Below are positions 6,947 to 14,915 of a DNA stretch of 14,915 bases, in pieces. The first letter of the stretch is position 1; each line of letters starts with the position of its first letter. A program made the position numbers and the translations under genes. The stretch lies in contig JBBQPO010000153.1 in the NCBI GenBank assembly GCA_038217285.1, positions 1-14,915 of the forward strand. Direction: 5' to 3'. The stretch comes from Chthonomonadales bacterium (GTDB taxonomy: Bacteria > Armatimonadota > Chthonomonadetes > Chthonomonadales > Chthonomonadaceae). The notes under the pieces were generated by a model. It was given only the letters and a program-made list of their open reading frames with translations. It was not told where the DNA came from and did no database searches.

Positions 6947-8777
6947 CCTCGGTTCGGTCTGGCCGCGCATTCTGAAAGCCAAGGAAGGTGACGCGGTTAC
7001 GTCCGTTGGATTTCGACACGTAGAGCGCTGCATCGGCCTGCGCGATCAAACCGGTCGTATCGTTGGTCGTCAAGGAGAGCGTGGCCACGCCGAAGGAAGC
7101 GGTCACCGGTCGCTCCGACCAGGGTTCGGCTTCGATGGCCGCCCGCAGTCGCTCGGCCGTCGCCCTGGCTCTCTCGCTGTCCGCCTCTGTCAGGATGACG
7201 GCGAACTCCTCGCCGCCGTAACGCGCTACGAAGTCGTGGACCCTGCAGGTCGACTGTAGGATCTCCGCCACTCTGCGCAACACCGTATCCCCAGCCGGGT
7301 GGCCAAACGTGTCGTTATAGGCCTTGAACCTATCGACGTCCAGCATCAGTACCGAAAGCGGGGTGCCGTAGCGTAACGCGCGTTCCACCTCCTCGTGCAG
7401 TTGATCCTGAAAGGAACGATGGTTCTTCAGGCCCGTAAGCCCGTCCGTCGTCGCGAGGGCTTCCAGCCGGAAGTTGGCTGCCTGAAGCTCGGCTTTCTGG
7501 AACTCCAGTTGGGCCGTCTGTTCGTTGATCCGTGCGATATGGCTTTCCAACTGGGCGTTTCCGTCGGCCAGCCACTCGTTGGCCGCCTGGAGCTGCTCTT
7601 CGATCCGCTTGCGCGCGGTGATGTCCATATGGGTGCCGACCAGACGGAAGACGTTGCCCTCCGTGTCGAATACAGGATCGACGATGATGTGATACCAGCG
7701 AGGCATCTCTCCCTCCAAGGCGGTGCCTCGCAGGTTGATCGTGCAGCCCTCTCCGAACTGCGTGGCATGGGCGCCACTGGCCCGCAATAGTTCGGCGTCT
7801 TCCGGATGATAGAATGTCAAATAGGTATCGGCATCGGGTGCCCCGTCCTGGGGATCGAGTCCGAACTGCCGGAATAGCTCCTCTGACCAGACGATCTTCC
7901 GCGAGGCGACATCGTACTCCCAACTGCCCACCCGACTGATTCGCTGCGCTTCCGCCATGCGCGCCTCGCTGCCCGCGATAGCGATTTCCGCCTGTCGCCG
8001 CAGCGTAATATCGGTTGAAATACCGCAGACACCGGTCAACTCGCCGGAGGCTGCGAGGATCGGAAACTTCACGGAGTGGTGTGTCCCATACCCGCCGTCC
8101 AGGGGAACGACCTCTTCTGCCTCCACGGCCTGCCTCGTTCGCATCACCTCGATGTCGTTGGCCCGAAAGCCGTCCGCGATCTCTTTCGGGAAGAGATCGT
8201 AGTCCGTCAATCCGACGACCGCTTCGGCGCTCACCGCGTAGAGAGTTTCGTAAGCGCGATTGATGAACTCAAAACGACCTTCGCAGTCTTTGATGAAGAC
8301 CACGGAGGGCGAGTGGGCGAGCAGCCCCTGCAACTGCGCCTCCCGCTTGCGCAGGGCGTCCGTCGCCTGTCGTGACTCCCGAAGGTCATGAACCATCACC
8401 TGGATCGCGGCGCGCCCCTCCCAGTGACAGGAGGACGCCGTAACGAATACGTCGAGAGGTTCGCCGTTGATCGCCAGATATTTCAGCTCGCACGTCGGAG
8501 AAACCGGCGTCCCGGCATTGAAAGCCTCAATGCGTTCCCTGACCGTTTGACGGGAGTCGGGATGGAGAAAGCCCAGGACAGGTTTGCCCACGATCTGTGA
8601 ATAGTCGGTTGCGCCCAGCAGACGCAGCATGGCCGGGTTGACGAAGACGATTTGCCCGCTCGTATGTATCAGGAGGGCGTCAGGATGCGTGTCGACCAGT
8701 TGACGGTACCGCTCTTCGCTCTCCTGGAGGGCAGAAGTCATGGCGGCGTAACGAACGGGATCTATTGAGTTCTGCAT
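6936..8777 (-). CDS. PAS-PAS-PAS diguanylate cyclase (GGDEF family)
   Basis: Three PAS/PAC segments and a coiled coil, then TDGLTGLKNHR, DVDRFKAYNDTFGHPAGD, intact GGEEF (7203-7217) with upstream RxxD (RVHD), and ADAALYVSKSNGRN. AAGGA RBS. No TM helix evident. Confidence 0.95.
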   Translation of the reverse strand: MQNSIDPVRYAAMTSALQESEERYRQLVDTHPDALLIHTSGQIVFVNPAMLRLLGATDYSQIVGKPVLGFLHPDSRQTVRERIEAFNAGTPVSPTCELKYLAINGEPLDVFVTASSCHWEGRAAIQVMVHDLRESRQATDALRKREAQLQGLLAHSPSVVFIKDCEGRFEFINRAYETLYAVSAEAVVGLTDYDLFPKEIADGFRANDIEVMRTRQAVEAEEVVPLDGGYGTHHSVKFPILAASGELTGVCGISTDITLRRQAEIAIAGSEARMAEAQRISRVGSWEYDVASRKIVWSEELFRQFGLDPQDGAPDADTYLTFYHPEDAELLRASGAHATQFGEGCTINLRGTALEGEMPRWYHIIVDPVFDTEGNVFRLVGTHMDITARKRIEEQLQAANEWLADGNAQLESHIARINEQTAQLEFQKAELQAANFRLEALATTDGLTGLKNHRSFQDQLHEEVERALRYGTPLSVLMLDVDRFKAYNDTFGHPAGDTVLRRVAEILQSTCRVHDFVARYGGEEFAVILTEADSERARATAERLRAAIEAEPWSERPVTASFGVATLSLTTNDTTGLIAQADAALYVSKSNGRNRVTFLGFQNARPDRTEVSA

Positions 8778-8829
8778 GCACCAGTTCCTTCATCGAGGAC
8801 TCTTACTCACGGCAAAAGGTCACACTCTC

Positions 8830-8857
8830 ACTGTACCATCTTTGTAGGCAAAAGCAA
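8830..8857 (-). promoter_or_regulatory. Candidate sigma70 promoter for the diguanylate cyclase
   Basis: Minus strand reads TTGCTT-N16-TACAGT with an extended TGn before the -10, about 50 bp upstream of the ATG. Confidence 0.45.
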
Positions 8858-8980
8858 TCTGCGATACAGCATATTTTGACGCCTCGAAATCGGTATACTT
8901 AAGAGCTGCCGCTGCCGACCCTGCTCCAATGCCGACCAGGGCGTTCCCGCAGTGAGGTACAATAGGAACAGTCTTCAAAC

Positions 8981-11494
8981 GTGAGGTATTTTGTGAAAGA
9001 GAGTCGTGGCATATCAAGTGAGAGCCTTGGGGAGACGTCGCGTCCGACAGAGGAGACACGGCAGTTTCTAGCGGATTTGTTCGACCGTATTCACGTCTTG
9101 CCGGACCCGAAAACGCTGCTTCACATGGCGGCTGCCGGGGTGGGAGCGCGCCTGAATGTCGCGTTCTGTGCCTTTGCAGTGATGGACCCGCAACGAGAAG
9201 TTGTCCTCTCTCAGTACGGTCCAACGGATAAGAGCCATGCGGGGAGCATCCTAGACTTGCCTCGCGCCCTGGGTCGGAATGTCGTCGATGCCCTTCGCCT
9301 CGGCCAGACCGTTGTCCTCAACGACACCGCGCGCGACCTGATTGCTGCGGATGCTCCCGTTCGAGTCTTCTTTCCCACCGGAGGTCTGCTGGCACAGCCG
9401 CTGGTCCACAGCGGAAGCTGGATAGCAACCCTGATTGTCGTGTCGGCCTCACCACGCGTCTGGCAGCCGGACGAGATTTTCGTCGTTCGCAGTGTCGCGG
9501 CGCAGGCGGCGATGGCGGTTCAAAACTTACGTCTCGCCCAGGATCAAGAGAAGGTGCGGCACGAAGTCCTGGCTGCCGCGCGCTGCTTGCTGTGGCAGGC
9601 CGACATCACCGAATCCGGCCATCCCACCATGCTGCACTGGGAAACGCATTTTGTGGACGCGGCTGCAGCGCGGGAGTGGCTTCCCATTGAGGTAAGGCCC
9701 GGCGAGGAGTACCTGAACGCACGACGGCGCGCCCGGTTCCCGGAAGAGCTCGAGGCCAACGACGCGACGGGCACCGCTGCGATACGCGCCGGCGAAAGCT
9801 ACAGCCAGGAGTTTCGCTGCCGCTGCGCCGATGGCAGCCTCCGCTGGCTCCACGAAGACATCCAGGTGGTGACGGTCGTGCCCGGCCAACGCTGGCAGAC
9901 AGTCGGCGTCTGTACCGACGTCACCGAGCGCGTCCGCAGCGAAGAGGCCCAGCGGTCCAGCGAGCTGCGACTGCATGAAGCCTTGCAGGCCGGGAAGATG
10001 GGGACCTGGGAATGGGATATGGTCACCAATGCGCTGATATGGTCGGCAGAGACCGAACGGCTCTTCGGTTTGCCGGTAGGCGCCTTTGCGGGAACCTATC
10101 AGGCCTACCAGCGTTTTCTGCACCCGGAGGACCGCGAGGTCGTTCAGGAGCTGATCACCAAGGCCATCTACAACCGAAGTCCGTATGATAGCGAGCACCG
10201 GATCGTGCTGCAGAACGGCGCCGTCCGCTGGATCGGGGGTAAAGGGCAGGCCTTCTATGACCAACAGGGTCGCCCGATCCGCATGTTGGGGACGGTGGCC
10301 GACATCACGGACCGGAAGCGGCTGGAACAGCAGGTCTTGCAAGTCCAGAAGATGGACAGCATCGGCCGACTGGCCGGCGGCGTCGCGCACGACTTCAACA
10401 ACTTCCTCTGCGTCATATTACTCTTTGCGGAGTTGGTGGAGATGGAACTCGCCGAAGACAGCCCTCTGCTCACGAACGTCCGTCACATCCAGGATGCCGC
10501 GACGCGTGCGAACAATCTCACCTCGCAACTGCTCGCTTTTGCGCGGAGACAGGTCAGCGCGGCCAAAGTGGTGTTCCCGAACGAAGTTATCACCGAGATG
10601 AGTCGGATCCTCACGCCGCTGATCGGGGAGGACATCGAGCTGACCACGCTGTTGAAGGCAGATGTCGGCAGCATCAAAGCGGATCCCAGTCAGATCGAGC
10701 AGGTGCTCGTCAATCTTGTCGTCAATGCGCGGGATGCCATTGTCGGAGGTGGCAAGATCAGCATACGCACCGACAACGCGACCTTGACCGGACATTTCCC
10801 TGGTGAAGAGATGACAGTGGTTCCCGGCGAATACGTCTTAATCATGGTGAGCGATACAGGAACAGGGTTGACCGAGGAGGCGAAGCGCCACCTCTTCGAG
10901 CCGTTCTTCACAACCAAAGGCATGGGCAGGGGAACCGGGCTGGGGCTGGCAACCGTCTACGGTATTGTCAAACAGAACAACGGCTACATTCTATTCGACG
11001 GCGATGATGGCGGGGGCACGACTGCCCGAGTCTATCTACCACGTGTCTTTGAAGCGCCCTTCGAACTAGGCACTGGTGCGGGGGCGGACATCGGCCTGCA
11101 TGGAACGGCGACGATCCTGGTGGTCGAGGACGAACAGTTGGTGCGTGGGGGCATGGTGACGATCCTGCGCGGCCACGGGTACACCGTACTCGAAGCCCGC
11201 AACGGCGTCGAAGCCCTGCAGATCGCTGCCGCGCAGAGTGGGAAACTCGATCTGCTTGTGACAGACGCTATCATGCCGGAAATGGGCGGTAAGGAACTCG
11301 CGGATCGCCTGCGGGACGCTCGCCCTTCGATACGCCTGATGTACGTTTCCGGGTACACCGAAGAGACGACGGCCCAGAACTTCCTGCAGAAAGGGGCCGC
11401 TCTTCTGCAAAAGCCGTTCACCGTCGGTCAGTTGTTGACCACCGTCCGCGCAGCGCTCGAAGGCGACCCGCGAACGGAGCCGACCAGCCTTTAA
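8981..11494 (+). CDS. Hybrid sensor histidine kinase (GAF, PAS-like, PAS, HisKA, HATPase, REC), CckA-like kinase core
   Basis: H-box LAGGVAHDFNN (His at 10388), N-box QVLVNLVVNARDA, DTGTG, FEPFFTTK, GTGLGL. Receiver ILVVEDE...LLVTDAIMP...SGY...LQKPF. The start may be GTG 8993, which follows GAGGT. Confidence 0.95.
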   Translation: MRYFVKESRGISSESLGETSRPTEETRQFLADLFDRIHVLPDPKTLLHMAAAGVGARLNVAFCAFAVMDPQREVVLSQYGPTDKSHAGSILDLPRALGRNVVDALRLGQTVVLNDTARDLIAADAPVRVFFPTGGLLAQPLVHSGSWIATLIVVSASPRVWQPDEIFVVRSVAAQAAMAVQNLRLAQDQEKVRHEVLAAARCLLWQADITESGHPTMLHWETHFVDAAAAREWLPIEVRPGEEYLNARRRARFPEELEANDATGTAAIRAGESYSQEFRCRCADGSLRWLHEDIQVVTVVPGQRWQTVGVCTDVTERVRSEEAQRSSELRLHEALQAGKMGTWEWDMVTNALIWSAETERLFGLPVGAFAGTYQAYQRFLHPEDREVVQELITKAIYNRSPYDSEHRIVLQNGAVRWIGGKGQAFYDQQGRPIRMLGTVADITDRKRLEQQVLQVQKMDSIGRLAGGVAHDFNNFLCVILLFAELVEMELAEDSPLLTNVRHIQDAATRANNLTSQLLAFARRQVSAAKVVFPNEVITEMSRILTPLIGEDIELTTLLKADVGSIKADPSQIEQVLVNLVVNARDAIVGGGKISIRTDNATLTGHFPGEEMTVVPGEYVLIMVSDTGTGLTEEAKRHLFEPFFTTKGMGRGTGLGLATVYGIVKQNNGYILFDGDDGGGTTARVYLPRVFEAPFELGTGAGADIGLHGTATILVVEDEQLVRGGMVTILRGHGYTVLEARNGVEALQIAAAQSGKLDLLVTDAIMPEMGGKELADRLRDARPSIRLMYVSGYTEETTAQNFLQKGAALLQKPFTVGQLLTTVRAALEGDPRTEPTSL

Positions 11495-11958
11495 CCAGGG
11501 TCGTTTGCGCTGGGCGGCTCTGGAGGCGGGAAGATCCTGCTGGCGATCGTCGCAATGCCATTGACTTCGTCTGCTGCGTTCCGGATTGGGAAGACAGTCA
11601 GGGTGACCCGGAAAGCCAGGCCGTCCTTATGCAGTTGCGTCGACTCGAAACGCTTGATCGATCTGCCGTTTTGAAGATTGACGAGCAGGGCCTCTTTCTC
11701 TCTCAGGCGGTCGGGAAAGAAGGGCAGCGTGGTAAAACTGCCGATCATCTGCTCTGCGGTGTATCCGAACAGTCGTACAGCCGCAGGATTCCACGAGGTG
11801 ACGACCCCTTGCAGGGTGGTCGAAAAAAGGGCGTCCTCCGAGGCGCGGGTAAACGCCGCCGGCAGTGATACGTCTGGCGTCCGCTTTGGACCGGCCTCTG
11901 GACCGAGGTCCAGGGCAGGAGTGGGGAACGGCGACGAGGGAGATGATTGTGGCGACAT
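11491..11958 (-). CDS. Stand-alone PAS domain protein (155 aa)
   Basis: 3' part of the 436-aa track ORF: MSPQSS...SEDALFSTTLQGVVTSWNPAAVRLFGYTAEQMIG...HKDGLAFRVTLTVFPIRNAADEVNGIATIAS, a typical PAS-PAC. ATG at 11958 has an AGAGGA RBS. The upstream part of that ORF is antisense to the desaturase. Confidence 0.8.
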   Translation of the reverse strand: MSPQSSPSSPFPTPALDLGPEAGPKRTPDVSLPAAFTRASEDALFSTTLQGVVTSWNPAAVRLFGYTAEQMIGSFTTLPFFPDRLREKEALLVNLQNGRSIKRFESTQLHKDGLAFRVTLTVFPIRNAADEVNGIATIASRIFPPPEPPSANDPG

Positions 11959-11971
11959 TTGTTCCTCTGGC

Positions 11972-12000
11972 TTGCGAACGGCATTTCTGTTAGGTATAAT
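11972..12000 (+). promoter_or_regulatory. Sigma70 promoter of the desaturase
   Basis: TTGCGA (11972-11977), 17-bp spacer, perfect TATAAT (11995-12000), in the 99-bp divergent intergenic region. Confidence 0.75.
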
Positions 12001-12057
12001 GAATCTGTGCATCTTCAGGCTGGTGTGGAATGTTCCAGGCCTGTAACGGAGGAAACA

Positions 12058-13086
12058 ATGAGTGTGCGTCCTGATGAGCTCAAAACCAGAGTCGTCCAAG
12101 CGGCCTGGTACAAGGAGCTTTCGAAATATGAGAAGCCCGATTCTCGCAAGGCGGTCGGGCAGATCTTGAATACCTTTGTACCCTATATCGGCCTCTGGGC
12201 CGCGATGATATGGATCGTGCGTTCCCATACCTCTCTCTGGTATCTCTGTCCGCTGGTCTTGCTGGCCGCAGGGTTGACGGTCCGCATCTTTATTATGCAG
12301 CATGACTGCGGACACGGCTCGTTTCTGAAGTCGCATAGCGCCAACCGGATCCTCGGCCTCCTCTGCGGGATTATCACCTTCACGCCCTATGACGACTGGA
12401 AACATGAGCACGCGGCTCACCACGCTGCGGCCCAGGATCTGGAACGTCGTGGGATCGGTGATATTCAGACGCTGACCACCGAAGAGTTTCGCAGCGCTTC
12501 GCCCCGCAAGCGCCTCGGCTATCGCCTGTTCCGAAGCCCTTTCCTCCTTTTCTTCGTGGGACCGTTCTTCCAGTTCGTCATCGCCCACCGCTTCACGCAC
12601 AAGCGGTCTGGACCCCGAGAGCGCCAGAGTGTGCTGATCACGAATATGGCGCTGGTGGCCCTGGTCGCGCTTGCGAGTGTCACGATCGGTCTGCGCACAT
12701 ATCTGCTCATCCAGGGACCGATTATCGCGGTCGCCGCCTCGCTCGGCGTCTGGCTTTTCTACGTGCAGCACCAGTACGACGACGTCTACTGGGAGCATCA
12801 CGCGGAGTGGGATCCAATTCGGGCCGCCCTCGAAGGCAGCTCGTACTACCGCCTGCCGAAACTGCTCCAGTGGTTCTCGGGCAATATCGGGCTACACCAT
12901 ATTCACCACCTGCGCCCCCGCATCCCCAACTATCATCTGCAGAAATGCTACGACGAGGTGCCGGAACTGCAGAAGGCCCGGACGCTGACGCTCTTCGAAA
13001 GCTTCAAGTGCATCAACCTCCATCTCTGGGACGAACAGACCCGCCAGATGGTGAGTTTCCGCAACCTGCAGATGCAGCGCAGATAG
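12058..13086 (+). CDS. des: Membrane fatty acid (acyl-lipid) desaturase, Bacillus Des-like
   Basis: Three His boxes HDCGH, HEHAAHH and HHIHH, plus WLFYVQHQ and GSSYYRLPKLLQWFSGNIG, with hydrophobic segments. ATG 12058 follows a GGAGGA RBS and is preferred to 11947. Regiospecificity cannot be determined. Confidence 0.92.
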   Translation: MSVRPDELKTRVVQAAWYKELSKYEKPDSRKAVGQILNTFVPYIGLWAAMIWIVRSHTSLWYLCPLVLLAAGLTVRIFIMQHDCGHGSFLKSHSANRILGLLCGIITFTPYDDWKHEHAAHHAAAQDLERRGIGDIQTLTTEEFRSASPRKRLGYRLFRSPFLLFFVGPFFQFVIAHRFTHKRSGPRERQSVLITNMALVALVALASVTIGLRTYLLIQGPIIAVAASLGVWLFYVQHQYDDVYWEHHAEWDPIRAALEGSSYYRLPKLLQWFSGNIGLHHIHHLRPRIPNYHLQKCYDEVPELQKARTLTLFESFKCINLHLWDEQTRQMVSFRNLQMQRR

Positions 13087-13116
13087 TAGACGGCGCACAG
13101 TTCGGTTAGCAATAGA

Positions 13117-13150
13117 AGAACGCCCCTGGCACGATTGCCGGGGGCGTTCT
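13117..13150. terminator. Hairpin between the convergent desaturase and methyltransferase genes
   Basis: agaacgcccctggca (13117-13131) / tgccgggggcgttct (13136-13150): 15-bp stem with one wobble or mismatch and a 4-nt loop. TCTATT follows on the minus strand. Confidence 0.75.
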
Positions 13151-13157
13151 CTCGTAC

Positions 13158-14357
13158 CTAGGCCAGGCGACTCTGCAGCGCCTCGCCGAGAAGCTCTTCG
13201 AGGTAGGGGGTGACCTCCCAATAGGCTTTCATTTTGAGGTACTCCGCCACGAAATGCGCCGGGGCGGGAGTGTCGGTTTGGATGGAGCGTATCATGACGT
13301 TCTTTGCGGTGTGTTCCGGCGAAATGAACTGCGAAACCTCGGTCTGGTATCCCATGATCCGTAAGATCAGGGCGCGGAAGCTGTCGGTCAAAATGTCGCC
13401 CTGCCGCTCTGCGAGGATGCCGTGCCGGAAGACGGAGCGAAAGAGATCCGGGGACCGATGCCGTCGGATCTGCTCCTGAAGATGATGATGACAGCAGGGA
13501 ACACTGACGATCAGCTTGCTGCCCCAGCGAATTCCCTGCGCCAACGCTTCGTCCGTCGCGGTGTCGCAGGCATGCAGCGCCAGGGTAATATCGGGCGGAG
13601 CGGAGGGGCCGAAATCGGCGATGGCGCCATTTTCGAAGGTCAGGCGATCCCATCCCAATGACCGGGCCGTCTCGACGTGATTCGCCAGCAGGTCCGCGCG
13701 CACATCGATCCCTACCAGGCGGGCAGGCCTACCCAGAATGTGGTTGAGATAGTGGTAGAAGCCGAAGGTAAGATAGGCGTTTCCACATCCGCAGTCTACG
13801 ACATCGAGCACCGGCTTCTCAACCTTCTCCAGTTCCCCCGTCTGTTGGATCATTTTGAGGAACTCATTGATCTGTCGGAACTTCCGCTGTTTGTCCGCCC
13901 TCACCCTCCCGTCGGCCGTCATGAAGCCGATCGCCTGCAGGTAGGGGTCCGGCTTGCCTTCGGGCAGCAGCAGATCCTTCTGACGATCGTGCGCAACCTC
14001 CGCAACCTCCGGAGCGCCGGTGACCCGGTTGCGATGAAGTCGAGGCTCACCGGATTTAGGAATAGATATCTGTATCTCCTCCGTCGCCGACGCGACATGC
14101 AGGTTTTTGAACGCCAGGAGGAGCAGACTGTCCAGATTGGCCGCGAGGTCCGCGCCCGTATAGTTTTTCGTGATGCACTTTTTGTCGTCGTAGTACGCGA
14201 ACTGAACTCTCTTCGCGCCTTTGACTTCGACCGGGCGCAGGGTGACCCGGACCCATTCGAGCGTCTCTCCGCGTTGGTTCCCGCTAAAGGTAGCCCGTAC
14301 AAACCGGTTCTGATCTAGCACGGCGGCGCGCACGATGGCGCGATAGTCCTCTGACAT
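13158..14357 (-). CDS. Class I SAM-dependent methyltransferase (Methyltransf_32-like), substrate unknown
   Basis: Motif I VVDCGCGNAYLTF, LVGID, LALHACDTATD, VPCCHH, FISPEHTAKN and KFRQINEF. AAGGA RBS. Confidence 0.88.
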   Translation of the reverse strand: MSEDYRAIVRAAVLDQNRFVRATFSGNQRGETLEWVRVTLRPVEVKGAKRVQFAYYDDKKCITKNYTGADLAANLDSLLLLAFKNLHVASATEEIQISIPKSGEPRLHRNRVTGAPEVAEVAHDRQKDLLLPEGKPDPYLQAIGFMTADGRVRADKQRKFRQINEFLKMIQQTGELEKVEKPVLDVVDCGCGNAYLTFGFYHYLNHILGRPARLVGIDVRADLLANHVETARSLGWDRLTFENGAIADFGPSAPPDITLALHACDTATDEALAQGIRWGSKLIVSVPCCHHHLQEQIRRHRSPDLFRSVFRHGILAERQGDILTDSFRALILRIMGYQTEVSQFISPEHTAKNVMIRSIQTDTPAPAHFVAEYLKMKAYWEVTPYLEELLGEALQSRLA

Positions 14358-14380
14358 TGATATTCCTTGCTGCCTGGATT

Positions 14381-14471
14381 TGTCGCGACTGTAGCGCCTC
14401 CGTCATTCCGACCGGACGCAGGCGCGGCCCTCTCCGGCGCGAGCGGCCTGCCGGAGAGGGTTGTAGCGACA
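14381..14471. repeat. Nested inverted repeats in the intergenic region (two hairpins within an outer stem)
   Basis: gcgcctccgtc (14394-14404) / gacgcaggcgc (14415-14425), one mismatch. ccctctccggc (14428-14438) / gccggagaggg (14450-14460), perfect. Outer tgtcgc (14381-14386) / gcgaca (14466-14471). Confidence 0.6.
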
Positions 14472-14518
14472 TTGGGTTTCGTTTGGTCGGCGGACTATCG
14501 AGACAGCGCTTGCATCGG

Positions 14519-14914
14519 CTAGCCGGACCTCGCTTCACTGCGCTGCATCGAAGCCGCCAGGCTTTTCGTGGGCTCCGCGACGATGTGGTTCCAGTCCACG
14601 TTCGGATACTTCCCGGCGACCTGCGAACGGAGTTCGGCCACGCTCGGCGCATAGCCCTTCTGCACGTACATATTTTCGATGGCATCCTGGCGGCGAAGAG
14701 CGTACATAGGTCGCTTGCCACTTTCGGCGCTGCCTTCGATTCGTACCACGACCAGCGTCGATTCTTTCTCCACCTCGACCTCGAGCGTCGGCATAGGTGG
14801 GATCCTGGCCGTCGCGATGGCCGTGCGGACGGCATACAGGATGGCGAAACCGATGAGCGGGAATACGAACATCAGCAGCACGCCCAGGCCGGTGCTGTCG
14901 AGTACGAACTGGCC
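14519..14914 (-). CDS. Hypothetical membrane protein, 5'-truncated by the window edge
   Basis: The frame stays open from the track start at 14881 to the window edge (GQFVLDSTGLGVLLMFVFPLIGFAILYAVR...). One TM helix followed by a soluble tail. No family recognised. Confidence 0.65.
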   Translation of the reverse strand, partial: GQFVLDSTGLGVLLMFVFPLIGFAILYAVRTAIATARIPPMPTLEVEVEKESTLVVVRIEGSAESGKRPMYALRRQDAIENMYVQKGYAPSVAELRSQVAGKYPNVDWNHIVAEPTKSLAASMQRSEARSG

Positions 14915-14915
14915 G

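Noticed and set aside
8778..8980. Possible c-di-GMP riboswitch between cyclase and kinase (ggcaaaag occurs twice)
   Set aside because: I could not find the paired stems or tetraloop/receptor of GEMM-I on either strand. TTGACG and TATACT on the plus strand are only 12 bp apart, so that promoter pairing was also rejected.
9527..10390. 287-aa minus ORF and other ORFs nested in the kinase, cyclase, propeller and methyltransferase genes
   Set aside because: Shadow or alternate-frame ORFs with no domain signatures.
11959..12801. N-terminal 281 aa of the 436-aa minus ORF
   Set aside because: Mostly antisense to the desaturase and crosses its promoter. Only the part from ATG 11958 looks like a real protein.

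Overview
GC-rich bacterial accessory region with no rRNA, tRNA or CRISPR array that I can see. The PEP-CTERM protein, the HALLW-repeat/FG-GAP protein and the AfsR-type regulator suggest an Armatimonadota/PVC-like diderm host (inference only). In order: a probable 3' end of an IS transposase at the left edge; a small secreted YHS/TRASH-like Cys protein (-); a 1001-aa AfsR/SARP-type STAND regulator (-); divergently from it, a PEP-CTERM protein (+) and a secreted double beta-propeller protein (+); a signalling block of a 3xPAS diguanylate cyclase (-), a GAF-PAS-PAS hybrid histidine kinase (+) and a stand-alone PAS protein (-) hidden inside a longer spurious ORF; a Des-type fatty acid desaturase (+); a SAM-dependent methyltransferase (-); and a truncated membrane protein (-). 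The recognisable genes all belong to known families, so I cannot demonstrate a new system. The best candidates are the STAND regulator with tandem direct repeats in front of two surface-protein genes, the orphan PAS/desaturase divergent pair, and a multi-stem element upstream of the methyltransferase.
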